Shown one piece after another: positions 40,690 to 53,115 of a stretch of 64,000 nucleotides of DNA. The DNA comes from Podarcis vaucheri (Eukaryota), in the NCBI GenBank assembly GCA_965113315.1, contig OZ220366.1, one strand, 5' to 3'. The position numbers were made by a program, and so were the translations under genes. The notes under the pieces were generated by a model, which was not told the DNA's origin, did no database searches, and saw only the letters and a list, made by a program, of their open reading frames with translations. Position 1 is the first letter of the stretch; each line of letters opens with the position of its first letter.

Positions 40690-41140
40690 TTAGATATTAC
40701 AGGTTTCTAGATTGGCTGGTAAACGCTTGGCTTCTTTCAAGATATTTCACTTCAGTTCCTTAACTTAGTTGCATGGGATGTCGCAATGTTGCTCGCACAT
40801 TGCCTCTGAACTCAGCCCTCCAGTTAACGCCTGTCTGAATACTCTCACAAGACACTAAACACTGTCCTTCTATCTAAGCTCAGAGAATCCTTTCTCTAGC
40901 TGTTGATATTTTCCTTAGGGTGGATGTTATACACACAGATCAGAACCAACTCTCAACTCCTTCCAGCTCTCTCTGAAACCATCTCTGCAACTATCTGAAC
41001 ATTCTCTTAGAAACTGCTCCTTTTATTTTTCCTCCCAAAGTGCTGTCTCCACACACACACACACACACACACACACCCAACTAGCGGTCTTGGTAGTCAA
41101 TCAGAGAGAGGCTCCAGCGCTAGCTCTGCTGTCCGTCACA
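40690..41140 (-). mobile_element. Possible degraded LTR remnant containing (CA)n
   Basis: Minus strand starts TGTGA at 41140, followed by ATAAAAGGAG and a purine-rich stretch. Other end and TSD not found. Confidence 0.35.
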
Positions 41141-41330
41141 GCCTCCTATCAGAGATACAGTGGTAGTGCCTCAGCAGGGGGTTGGACTAGGGGAACTTTA
41201 ATTATGCTTCCAGTGTCATAATTCTACATGTATCTAGAGTGGTGTGGAAGCAACTGCGGAGTCAAAGTCTATCAACACTACCACAAGGAAAGGCAAAAGG
41301 GGTGTATAGTCAACAGGCATGTATGCAGTA

Positions 41331-41774
41331 CTACCCGGGACAGGTTGGGGTTGTGCAGAGTTGTTAAGGCAGCAGAGAGCATTGTTGGCTGCCCACTCTC
41401 CACCTTAGAGCAGATTTATGCCACAAGGTGCCATAGGAAGGCACTGGACATAGTAAAAGATCCATCGCATCCTGGTCACTGTCTCTTTGAGCTCCTGCCG
41501 TCGGGACGGAGATACAGGACGATGAAGACAAGAATGAGCCGTCTTAAGAACAGCTTCTTCCCCAGAGCGATCTCGGCCCTGAATGGGAAGCCTGGACTTT
41601 GAAAGTCATCTAATCTTCCTTGCTGTATTATACTGTATTGTTTTAATTAGTGTTTTTATAGTTGTTTTGATTTTGTGTGGAGTGCCCTACCTGGGTGGAT
41701 GGAGCAGCCAAGTAATTTCGTTGTCCCCGAGAGGGGGCAATGACAATAAAGATATTATTATTATTATTATTATT
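41331..41774 (+). mobile_element. Rex1/Babar LINE 3' fragment
   Basis: RVVKAAESIVG...RCHRKALDIVKDPSHPGHCLFELLPSGRRYR...RLKNSFFPRAI is the Rex1/Babar C-terminal signature; ends GACAATAAAG(ATT)n. Confidence 0.88.
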
Positions 41775-42394
41775 AAACGTAGTCAAGCACTCTGATCACT
41801 TATCAGTCTGCCTCACTATTAAATTCTCATATACATAAGAGCAAACCAATACTATAGTCTTCTAATCATCCACAGAGCCATTAAAGCAAATGAGAATTGC
41901 TAAAATGAATTGTTAACATGAATCTTTAATAATGAACGTGTCCCCTTTTCCTCTAGTTGCGTGTCATATCATGTCAGTACCAGATGATAAATATATATTT
42001 TTAATCAGATGTAATTTCTAAAAATAAAATGTGGCAATGGCTGAAAGAGGAATGGCCCATTCTGAGCTGGAGAGAAAATGCTAATAAAAAAAATGCTGTA
42101 TATTCTAACAAAAGTGATACTGGCAACTTGATAATTAATTTAGTTAATATGGAATGATATCAATTTTTCCTACAATAGTTGTGTCGTGAACATTAAAATG
42201 GGAGAGATTTAAATTTAACACCACCCTGGCTTTATAACGTTTTATTCTAATGTATTTGTGGTAATTTATTTTCTTGTTTTGCATAAGATTCAGATGTGAA
42301 TGTATTATATAAAGAGAAATCTATATTTTATTGTTTCAAACAGCATTATAATGTTAATTGCCTTGCCCCAGTGCCAGAAAATTAGCCTAAATAA

Positions 42395-42410
42395 CAGTGC
42401 CATCTGCTGA
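42395..42410 (-). promoter_or_regulatory. Candidate CTCF site
   Basis: Minus strand TCAGCAGATGGCACTG versus the core CCASYAGRKGGCRSYR; lies in apparently non-repeat DNA. Confidence 0.5.
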
Positions 42411-42722
42411 GAAGTTGTAGTGACTTGCAGGAGAAGTTTTACAGTTTGAAAGTGGAATGAACCGCAAGAGTGAAAAGGAGAAAAGAAACAGGAACAAAGT
42501 AAAAAGGTATTATTTGTTTAGGTATTTATTTATTAAAATATCTGTAAACCACTAATTTATGTAGAATATCAAGGCAGTGTACAATGTAAACAAAAGCAAA
42601 AAAAAGCATAGCATATGTAAAATACCCTAAATGTAATAATGATGAGGCCAATGAAAAGGAAAGTACAAAGGTGCTACTACAATTCAGTAATCAAAACAGA
42701 TAGAGAGGCTAACTGAGAGGAG

Positions 42723-43002
42723 CAGTAGGAGACAGCATGGTAGGGTACCACTGCTCACCTGACCTCATGTCACTACTGCTTTCCAGGTGATGGAGGAGGA
42801 AGGGAAAGAGGCAAGGTGGAACAGAGGTTGATGCACTGCAAACGCAGTAGCGGGAACACTGGATTGTCTCAATGAGTGTGTTTGCACCCTACCAACCTTG
42901 CCACTGCCTCACTCCTTCCCATCTGCCTCCTGGTAAACAGTAGTGATGTGACCAACCAGAGGTCAGGTGAGCAGTGCCACCCTACTATGCTGTCTGCTAC
43001 TG
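42723..43002. mobile_element. Fold-back MITE with 44-bp TIRs
   Basis: CAGTAGGAGACAGCATGGTAGGGTACCACTGCTCACCTGACCTC matches the reverse complement of the right end at 40/44, with further internal pairing. Candidate 8-bp TSD is only 5/8. Confidence 0.78.
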
Positions 43003-45368
43003 AACAGTAGCATATTCCATCTGGGAGAATTTAAAATATAGGAAATTAAATTAGGAAACATATGTAATTTGATTCTATATTTCATACTGAATTCCTTTGC
43101 CTCACATATCCTTCACAGTGATGGGTGACCTACATTCTTTGTTTCAGCTTCCTATATTCAAAAGGCTGGTCCAAAATGTGGATTTTTATTCAGATTTAGG
43201 ATCTGAATTTGTTTGGATTGACTCTGAATCAATCTGCACCAAACCAAGGCCCAATCTGAATCACTATTCTGTTCCCAAACACAATCAGTGGGGCCTTGTA
43301 GAGGCCATTTGTAAGATGTTGCTACCCAGCCTGGTCCCACAATTAGTTTGCTTGGTTAGGGTACAAGTCAGTAATGGGGCTAAAGTTTCTAAATAGTTTC
43401 CAAACAAGTCCTTGTAGACTACTGCATAAAACTTGAGGCTGTGTGCTTTTATTTGGGAAAGGCATACGTAACTGTTTAAAGATCTAAAATATAGAAAAGG
43501 TGCTGCAGCTCAAGTTGCTACCAAAGTTCATCAAAAGTGATGAAGCAGTTCCTTCTCATAAATGTTATCTGAGGAATTTCAGTGAATTTAAGAGACTAAA
43601 GAGATTTCTTGGGGGAGCAGATATATCTAGTTGCAGCCACCTTGTCATGTTCAGTTGTCAAAAATCTGGTAAATGACCAATTGACAATACATGATAATAA
43701 ATATTCTTGTTATAGGATACATGGAATGTACTTTACTCACAGTATTCCATTAATAGCTCACATTTCTTCTACAGTGGAATTCATAGCAGGGTAAATAGGG
43801 TTCTTGGGCAGTTTCCATCCTGCATTGACAAGACTCAGACTTGTGTAGCTTCTGTGCCAAAAGTGCCATGTAGTTCAGTATACATTGACTGACATAGTTA
43901 TAGCTGAATGACATGATTTAGTCCATTGATTTCAAGGGGACATGCATTCAACCAACCCTATTTACCTGGGAGTAAGACCAATGAATTTAATAGGACTTAC
44001 TGCAGAGTAGACATGATTAAGCTTCCACTGTTACTCTGACTCCAAATCATAATGGATATCAAAAAAAAGGCACTTGGCAGATGTATGAACATGCAACCAT
44101 TCTCTCATTTGCCATGAGAAATGCAATAATCTTTCCTATGTACTTTGCAATGCTATTTTATTTCTAGCTACCTCCCTGACTTCCCTCCCCTGGTAACAGT
44201 TCAGCACTTACTGTTTGGAGATCTGAATGAAAATGGCTGCTGTGATCTTAATGAAAGGCTTAATGCATTCAATTTTATGAATCAAACAATGTGGCATGTA
44301 GCTTTTTACTTCTTTGGAAGACGAATAATAGAGATCCCTCTGATTATTAAGAGATTGGAAGGGAAAGATTTTCTATTTTATCACTCTTTTGCACATTTTT
44401 ACAACCAATTTATTTCCTGGTGATTTAAAGATGGAGCATATTGTCTGAACATAAATAATGTTTTTGAACATTTGTGAGATGCTAAACATTATCTCTATTA
44501 TTCCTGTGAACATATCAGATCTAACAGCTATTTTATTTTTATTTTGTAGGTATTGTGCTGCATTGCAGAGAAGAAAGCATCATTGAGGAAGATTATTTTG
44601 AATGGTGTTTATTTAATTGCTACTGCTGTTTTTGTAACAATTGTGCATGAAGATTTATATTCAGAATGAAATTGGAATAAGGCATAGAATTATTATACAA
44701 AATGTTCATCTCTGCCCCCAGGTAACAATAGCACAGTACTTTTCTATGTCTTATTAAGGCTTGTTTTACCATTTAGGCAATAAAAAAAGCTAGTTGTCAC
44801 CATGCAAAAATTCTTTGTGATGCCTAACACTCAAAATGCTTTTATTCAGAATGGACTGGGTAGCTACAAGCAGATCATGACCTTCAGTAAACAGATATCC
44901 ATTCATTGTTGTTTCTCTTTCAAACATGGCTTGTTCATCCCCAGAAGATGCTTTCATGTGCTACACTACTAGTTATTTGGCAAGTAATTGATTGTCCTCC
45001 TTCTCATTGGCTGATTGTTCATTGCTACATTCAGTATGTATTTGTGTGTTTTCTTAAGATGATGTGTTATTGCTTAACTGTCTGTTTTCCTTGGAGAAAT
45101 AAGACTGTCAGTTTGTGCGCTTGATCTTTGCCAGTCCTGGCTGCTCAAATCATGGAGGTCAGCCTAATAAGTAATACATGTTTTCCTTACAGAAAACTTA
45201 GTACCTTTGGTACTGAAAGAGGCAGTGATATGGCTCTTTTAGATTAGGGGGAATAGTCTCTGGACCCTTATGTTTTGAACACCCAGTGTCTAACACCCTT
45301 TTTGTGGGCAATGTGCGTGAACAAGCTGGGCTAGTGCCCTTCCCAAGGTTTATGAGTAAAACTGATTA

Positions 45369-45848
45369 CAGTGGTGCCCCGCAAGACGAATGCCTTGCAA
45401 GACGGAAAACCCGCAAGACGAAAGGGTTTTCCGTTTGCAAGTTGCTTCGCAAGACGAATTTCCCTATGGGCTTGCTTCGCAAATCTCCGGGGACCTCTTT
45501 TAAATGCTGGCGGTGGGGAGCAAAGCCTCCCCTCCCCTCCGGCCTTCAGAAGAGGTCCAGGAAGGCCGGCGGGGGCTGAAAGGCTTTGCTCCCCACCGCC
45601 AGCATATTAAAAGCAGTCCGGGATAGCAGGGAAGCACTTCCCGCTATCCCGGACGGCTTTTGAAGGCAGGCAGGGGGGAGCAAAGACTTTTGCACCCCGC
45701 CGGCCTTCAGAAAAAGCCTTTTTTGAGGTTTTTGGTGATTTTTGAAGCTTTTCCAAAGCTTTTCCGACACTGTGCTTCGCAAGACGAAAAACTCGCAAGA
45801 AGAAAAAACTTGCGGAACGAATTAATTTCGTCTTGCGAGGCACCACTG
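45369..45848. mobile_element. Tc1/mariner-type MITE (CGCAAGACGAA family), 480 bp
   Basis: TA TSD; 22-bp TIR CAGTGGTGCCYCGCAAGACGAA; subterminal CGCAAGACGAA repeats; GC-rich palindromic interior. Confidence 0.92.
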
Positions 45849-46390
45849 TAACTGATTCTCTGTAGTTCAGCTTTCAGCTTGGTATTGGCACTCAAAAACT
45901 GCCTTGGTTTCCTTAGCTGATTATGCATACCAAGAGCTAAGATAGGAGGAATGTGATCCTGCTGGTTCTCCTAGCAACCTTAGTGGAGCTTATGGCTTGT
46001 TGTTCTTCCTTTTGGCTGGTGACCTATGGCTTTCCATAAGTTTTCAGCCTGACTTCTATGCTGCATGAAACCAACAGTGTGATTGGTATAATAAAGGTGT
46101 CACATGGTCAAACCACCTTCCTCCCATCAGGACTTTGGATATTGCATTTGGAACCAGCTGGAATTTCAAGCCCTCTTTAAAGGCAGGCCCACAAAGAGCA
46201 TGGTGCAGTACTCAAGCCGGTACATGATTAAACATGGGTTACTATGACTAGAGCTAAGTATTTAAAAATGTATTTTCTCTCAAAACAGGCATTTTAAAAC
46301 ACATTTTCAACTGAGAACTCAAGTACTTTTAGAATTTATGTAATCTTAATTTTATTCTGTTGTCTATACTTTTCCATAGTTTTAAAATTA

Positions 46391-46560
46391 CCCATATTTT
46401 TCGCTCTATAACACGCACCCGACCATAACACGCACGTAGTTTTTAGAGGAGGAAAATCTGTAGGCATGCCACCCGTAGGCATTTCCTCCATAACACGCAC
46501 ATACATTTCCCCTTACTTTCTAGGAGGAAAAAAGTGAGTGTTGTGGTGCAAAAAATACGG
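46391..46560. mobile_element. Tigger/pogo-like MITE, 170 bp
   Basis: TA|CCCATATTTTTCGC ... GCAAAAAATACGG|TA; three ATAACACGCAC repeats. Confidence 0.8.
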
Positions 46561-48924
46561 TATATCACTTCTGCACAAATTCCATTTAAAAAAACAATAA
46601 ACCAGCAAAAAATAAAACAAGACGTAAAAGTATAAATAAAAATGCACTGTAGTTTAAGGAAATCTGGAATTGCTCACAAATATTAGGACTGGTATCCCCA
46701 AAAATGTGTCACCCTTCAAAAATCCTATCTTTCCTCTAAATGAAGAAAAATATTGTAGTTTTTACATGTGTGCATTTTTTGTTTCATTATAAGGAAATTA
46801 TTCTTTTAAAAATATATTATTTATCCGTGCATAAATACAAATGAACTTGATGATATCTCATTTAGCAATTAGAGAAATAAGATACTGTTGAAGATATTAC
46901 AGCTACCTTATCAGCTGTTTGAGTTCATTTCAAATATTGATGTAAGAACTTCATACAGATCTCACTGAACCAGCATGGGCAAATAAAGGAAGAATAAACT
47001 TGAGTACCTGTCAAAAGAACTAACCAATTTAGAATCAGCTGTCAATGTGTCTAGTACTGCCATATACATACAATTCTGCAAGTGCATAAGCGATGAATGG
47101 CCAAGATTCAATCATACTGAATCATTGTTTTAGTTCTGGCCTAAATTGTGATAATCCATAGAGTGAAGCTCCAGGGCATCAGTTTTTTGTTTTTTAAAAT
47201 TATTCTATAGAAATGCATTTTCCAGAGGCCTCTCATTCTCCTTTTAAAGTATTCTCTTTGTAGAGAGGCACTGTTCAAAGAAAGAAAGAACAGTGCTAAA
47301 ATCATGTGTTTGTTTGTTGTCTTTATGGACAGGATATCAGCCAATCTGCTGGATAGCATTTTCAAATGCTTTATAAACAATTATATGTGAACATTATTTG
47401 TTTGAACAAGTCAGAAATGCAAAAAAGTTCTTTCAATACTCAGTGGTCTAGCATGTTTTCATAAATAATGCAGTGCAAAATGGGAGAGCAGCATTTTTTA
47501 TTATTTTAAAGAACATGGAGATGCTTCAGTATTCTGTTTGATAGACAATCGAGAACACACATTGAAAGGCAGCCATTTCAAATACTGCTGCTTGTTTGCA
47601 ACAGAAGAAGTGCAAGTAGCTTCTATTTCTCCTCTTTTCTGTAAAATGTGCACAGCCCAGATTTCCACCCTTCCTCCGTGGAGATATTCACACAAAGCAT
47701 GTATTACTGTTGGACAGGGCTTCTTCGCTTTTACACACTACTCAAACCCTCCATCAGATAATTGTGTGATGAGGACAACAGAGACACACTTTCTGACCTC
47801 ACCTCTTCCACTGTGTCACTACTGGTCCCACATTCCCCACCATTCATATTGTAGAACACCACCCCAGTCGCTAAGCTGTTTGAGATTCCAGGGTTTCTGA
47901 GCACTTACCTTGGGTTCAGTTTCCTTGGCACAAGGGACAGCGGAGATGTGGAGGTAATGCTCCGCTTGTGCTGAGGCACACCTCGCACCCGGCATGCAAC
48001 AGTGTGCCCAGGAGCCTTGCGCCCACGCTCCCTGAACTTGTGCCTCTTGGCTAGCAAACAGGGTTTTCCCCCTGATTGTTTGTCCTCTCACAGGTTTGGT
48101 TACTAGACATAACGCTTGGCTGGCGCATGACCGGGGACGCAGATGTAATCAAGTATCGGGGGACATTTTAGGGAAACACCTGCTAACACGTGTATTTGCT
48201 AATGCTGGAACTGGGCTTAGATGGAAATACATCATATTCAGAGTGGTTTCACTACAGTTTCCAATTGTTGACTTCTGCTAATAAAAGGAGCCTCTGCAGA
48301 ACTAGCCGGCAGCTTGCTTGGAGCATGCTTGCCAGCTTGCTCATGCACAGCTCACCTGCAGCCAGCCTCCTGTCATCCTCCGTTATTCCTACACAGAGAC
48401 TGTGGTGTCTTTATGATATATGGTTTTTTTTTTACACATATATGCAACCTGAGCACAAGGTGGAGGGGCTCACAGGAATTAATTCCCCTAGAAGGTCTTG
48501 CTTCTCCTATAGTCAAGCACGGCTCTCACTCTCTGGCTTCTGTCTGCAGCCTACGTCTAGGCCTGCTCACACCTATTCCACTCTGGCTATTGTCCTTCTC
48601 TCTACCAGCCAGGTGATGGAGGAGGCACACTCATTTGCCTTCTGACACAGAACAACTTCATTTGTCAAATTAACAATCATATTTAGGTGGCAACTGTGGT
48701 CCCTGCATGGCTAATTGAATAAAGGGGGGAAAACCTCCCCTATTACATTTTTAACTCTAACTGGATCCAGGAGCCCAATAATTGCAAGGGATTCATGCAG
48801 ACTAACCTGCAAACAGAACATGTCAATGACTATGTTATAAATTCACTGTCCATAGAGTGATATGGGTGTGTCAGCTGAATTGGTAGGTCGGCTGCTGGTT
48901 GGGTACTTATAATGCAAGCACTCG

Positions 48925-49165
48925 AATTGGAGAATAGCCTCTACCACAGGCTATTGAAGAAGCATTAACTCAGGAAGAAAGGGATAAATGAGCTAAGAGG
49001 AAGGCATGTTTGGCAAATCCTCACCGTGACCAACTCCCACCCAGAAACCTACGACCCCAATGTGGAAGGACGTGTGGATCCAGAACTGGCCTCCACAGTC
49101 ACGGACACATGTTAAGACCATATTCATGGAAGACCATCTTATTTGGCTACAAGTGATCGCATGTA
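48925..49165 (+). mobile_element. RTE-clade (non-BovB) LINE 3' fragment
   Basis: Manual translation EEALTQEERDK*AKRKACLANPHRDQLPPRNLRPQCGRTCGSRTGLHSH, a decayed C-terminal zinc-finger motif typical of RTE elements. Confidence 0.7.
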
Positions 49166-49491
49166 GAATGATAGGTTCAGTTGCATAGACTTATATCCAG
49201 GACTTACGTCCAATTCTCTGCCACCAACAACCATCCAGCTCAAAGACTGCAGTGAAATTGTAACTGACCACAGGATAAGATATCACACCATACCAACATT
49301 ACCTGAATAATATGTCTGTTAAGGCCCTTAACAGCTATACTTTCCTAGCATTTTGTAGCGTGAGTAAATATGGAAAGCCCTTAATGCAACATGTTAAAAC
49401 AAAAGATTTTTTTGTAGTTGTAGTTGTTGTTGTTAATCAAATTCTTTATAATTAGCTCAGTCAGTTTCTTTCTTGGGGTTACCACAAAACA

Positions 49492-49684
49492 TGGCACCCT
49501 CCCTGTGGAACACCCTCCCATCAGATGTCAAGACGATGAAGAACTACACTGCTTTTAGAAGACATCTGAAGGCAGCCCTGTATCGGTAAGTTTTTGATGT
49601 TTGATATTTTATTATATTTTTTGTATTTTGCTGGGAGCCCCCCCCCCCCGAGTGGCTGTGGAAACTCAACCAGATGGGTGATGG

Positions 49685-49720
<36 letters not shown>
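49492..49720 (+). mobile_element. L2 LINE 3' fragment with (TTA)n
   Basis: APSLWNTLPSDV...FRRHLKAALYR L2 C-terminus plus tail. Confidence 0.82.
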
Positions 49721-51308
49721 TACAGAGGTGTGCTGGCTGAGTGTGAGGCCCACACCGAAGTAGCTGGCAGTCAGCATAGGTTAACCTTTTCTTGCAGCCG
49801 TCATGCCCTGAAATGGTCATATGAAATGATCCTGGGTCAACCAGGGCAGATCACTGTTTGATGAAGGATCGTCTATATGCTGTCTTTTGTGACATCTCAA
49901 AATGTACTAGGGCAGGTGAACTTTGCTGTCTTGCTTGGCCTTCTTCTTTATTGATCGAGACAGTTACAAGAAGAATATATTACATAGTGAAAACCTGTTA
50001 TTAGTTTAGCACTGAGTTTGCTTTACTGCTACTGTTATTTCTATTATTATTATTACTATTTAGACTATTACTCTCAAATTTATTCAAATGTTAGTGGTCC
50101 TCCTGGGCTTTGACACCTGAAACCTATGTTTTTAAGGTCCACTCTGTTGCCGTGATTATAATTTGTTTTAACTATTTTTAATACTGAATTTTAAATTGCT
50201 TCAACCCACCCTATGAGCTACTGGTGAAGGGCATGCAATAAATTTAACAATGATGATATAATAATTGTTTCCTTATTCAGTAGGCCACACAGAACAAGCC
50301 AAGGCATATGTAGAGAACTTTCCAAAGCAGCCTCACTGTTTTATACACTGAGGATGTGCATTGACAGTTAAGAACATAAGCCTGTCTTCCCCCTTCACAC
50401 AATGGGCAATCTTTGGATTGGGAGAGACCGGATTTCCAGTGCAGAATGTAATTGGATAGTTCATATCACAGACATCCACTAGCTGAAACAACTGAAAACA
50501 TTTTTTTTTCCAACAATCTTGTCCAGCAGGTGGGAAAGGTCGCTGCCGTAGATGTCATGTATTGTTTTTTAACAATATTTTTGTACTGTTTAAAACATTA
50601 TGTTTAGTTGTTCCTAAATCACCTTGACATGCATGTAAAAGGTGATCCATAAATTTAATAATAGAAATAATAATATCAGGACTTGTAAACGTGGGGTTTT
50701 TTCTGGATTTCCCATGTCAACTAATGGGACTACTTCTTCAGCCTCACCTCATTCAGAAAGGAGTCTTCAAGCCTTCAATTTAGAAACAGTGCAGCCTTGA
50801 TGAGAATTGCAAAACCAGCCTCTTCCTTACTCATTTTTATTTAGAAGTGCTAACTTCCTGTCAATACCACATACCTCAGAAGATGTGACTGACATTTGAA
50901 TAAATGAAATGATTTCTCCGATAATGGATAGCTGATGTGTTGGTGCATACCGAGATCCAATCCAATCCATATCAAATATAGTTTATTTCAGAATGCAGCT
51001 GAAGTGAATTGCTGATCCATGCTAGAAATATTAATTGCATTTCTCCCTTTCTTAGTTGTGTGTGTGTGTGTATCTGCTTGCTCACAATGCTATGCCGAGG
51101 CTGGCTTTTACAAGTAAAATTTGGCATTTCAAGACAGTTTTTCATTATCTTGTATCATGCCGGCATGTCAGGAGCTTTATGGACAACAACCAGTACATTT
51201 TCTTCAAAATCATTTTCCAAGATTAGCAAAAGAAGCTATTCTACATTGAGCAGACAATTCATGTATGTGGGGGGGGGGGGAGGTTAAAACTGTTAGTCTA
51301 AGCCTTTA

Positions 51309-51724
51309 CAGTGGTACCTCACAAGACGAATGCCTCGCAAGACAAAAAACTCGCTAGACGAAAGGTTTTTCCGTTTTCGATTTGCCTCACAAGACAAATT
51401 TCACCTATGGGCTTGCTTCGCAAGACGAAAACGTCTCGCGACTTTGTTTCCTTTGTCTAAAATCAAAGACATGTTTTGTTTATAAAGTTAATTTATTTTC
51501 CCTTCAATTTTTGAACTGCTCTTTACAGTATGTGTGACTTTAAAGAGCAGTTAATAAACTGTTGTTGTACCAAATTTGGCTTTGTTTGGACTTTTTTTGA
51601 CCATAGGAACGCATTAATTGATTTTCAATGCATTCCTATGGGATTTCGTGATTCGCAAGACGAAAAATTCGCTAGACGACAAAACTTGCGGAACGAATTA
51701 ATTTCGTCTTGCGGGGCACCACTG
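51309..51724. mobile_element. Tc1/mariner-type MITE (CGCAAGACGAA family), 416 bp
   Basis: TA|CAGTGGTACCTCACAAGACGAA ... TTCGTCTTGCGGGGCACCACTG|TA; AT-rich interior. Confidence 0.9.
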
Positions 51725-52027
51725 TATTTAGTTCATTTACTGAAAAATATTGCCACATGTACAACTCTAGGTGCTGAATGTAATCACTCTATGCTGCAAC
51801 TTTTGCACCCACAAACCATATCCAGCCATATTAGCACTGGCTAGATTATTTCTGCACACATTGTTGACATTGGACTGGGAGTGATGAGACTGGGAGAATA
51901 TTCAACAGAATTGCTTGCTGATCATTTCCCCCCAAGACGCATCACCCAGAACAGGAACAATTTGCCTGCTGGTGGCAGGGCTGCAGTAATAGCCTCTTGA
52001 CACGGCAACCCCTACCACTTATTGGTA

Positions 52028-52318
52028 CAGTGGTACCTCGCAAGACGAATGCCTCGCAAGATGTGCGCAAGGAAAACGCGCAAAACGAAAGAGTTTTCTG
52101 TTTTTTGAGTCGTTCCGCAAGACGAATTTCCCTATGGGCTTGCTAGTTCTTGCGAGTTTGTTTCCTTTTTCTTAAAGCCACTAAGCCGCTAAGCCGTTAA
52201 TAGCCACTAAGCCGCTAATAGCCGCTAAGCCACTAATAGCCGGGCTTCGCAAGACGAAAAAACCGCAAGACGAAGAGACTCGCGGAACGGATTAATTTCG
52301 TCTTGTGAGGCACCACTG
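52028..52318. mobile_element. Tc1/mariner-type MITE (CGCAAGACGAA family), 291 bp
   Basis: TA|CAGTGGTACCTCGCAAGACGAA ... TTCGTCTTGTGAGGCACCACTG|TA; interior AGCCRCTA tandem repeats. Confidence 0.9.
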
Positions 52319-52938
52319 TAGTGGGAGGCTCAAAGGATCTGTGAAGTCAGGGTTGCATGGATGCACCCGTGGAGCCAATCCTGTTTTGCTGCCAGTGTAC
52401 CTGCACAGCACCAACTCACCACTGCTTTTGCCCTGACCATGGGGATCTACAAGCAGCAAGGGGGCAACTTTCTGCACCATGAACCATAATCTCAGGATTC
52501 TCAGATTTCATTTAAATAAACAAACAGTAAGTTTCTAGCATCTGTAGAACCTGAGATATGAAAAAAAAATGTACAGGCACTATTTTTCTAATTTTTTGTA
52601 ATAAAGTAGCTTGTTCCCCACTGTCAATATTTTTCTTTGCCAACCCCTAGAAAAATTCTGATGGATGTTCACGCCCTTCCTGACAAGTAGTAGCAGCAAC
52701 ACACCACCCAGAGGCTATTAATACAGGTACACCCCACCAGAGAATATCCTCGGCAAATTAGATAGAGTCACCCAGCCTACCCTGAGCTGTTGTTGGACTA
52801 CAATTCCCATCATACTCGATCATTGGCCATGTGAACTAGGACTGACCGTAGGGCCAAAGGTTGGCCATGTCCGGCCATTCCACCCAGTTCAACCCACAAG
52901 GTGGGTCAAAGGAATATAACGCAACACAAGACCAAACA

Positions 52939-53115
52939 NNNNNNNNNNNNNNNNNNNNNNNNNNNNNNNNNNNNNNNNNNNNNNNNNNNNNNNNNNNNNN
53001 NNNNNNNNNNNNNNNNNNNNNNNNNNNNNNNNNNNNNNNNNNNNNNNNNNNNNNNNNNNNNNNNNNNNNNNNNNNNNNNNNNNNNNNNNNNNNNNNNNNN
53101 NNNNNNNNNNNNNNN
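52939..53115. other. Assembly gap (177 N)
   Basis: Run of N. The right flank (53116-53325) is a MITE end terminating in TATGGCAACCCTA. Confidence 0.99.

Noticed and set aside
44525-44670. Strong splice-acceptor-like TTTTATTTTGTAG
   Set aside because: No recognisable peptide in any frame and no convincing donor; likely chance in AT-rich DNA.
45369-52318. Repeated CGCAAGACGAA motifs as a CRISPR-like array
   Set aside because: Short, irregularly spaced subterminal repeats inside TIR elements with TA TSDs, in eukaryotic DNA with no cas genes.
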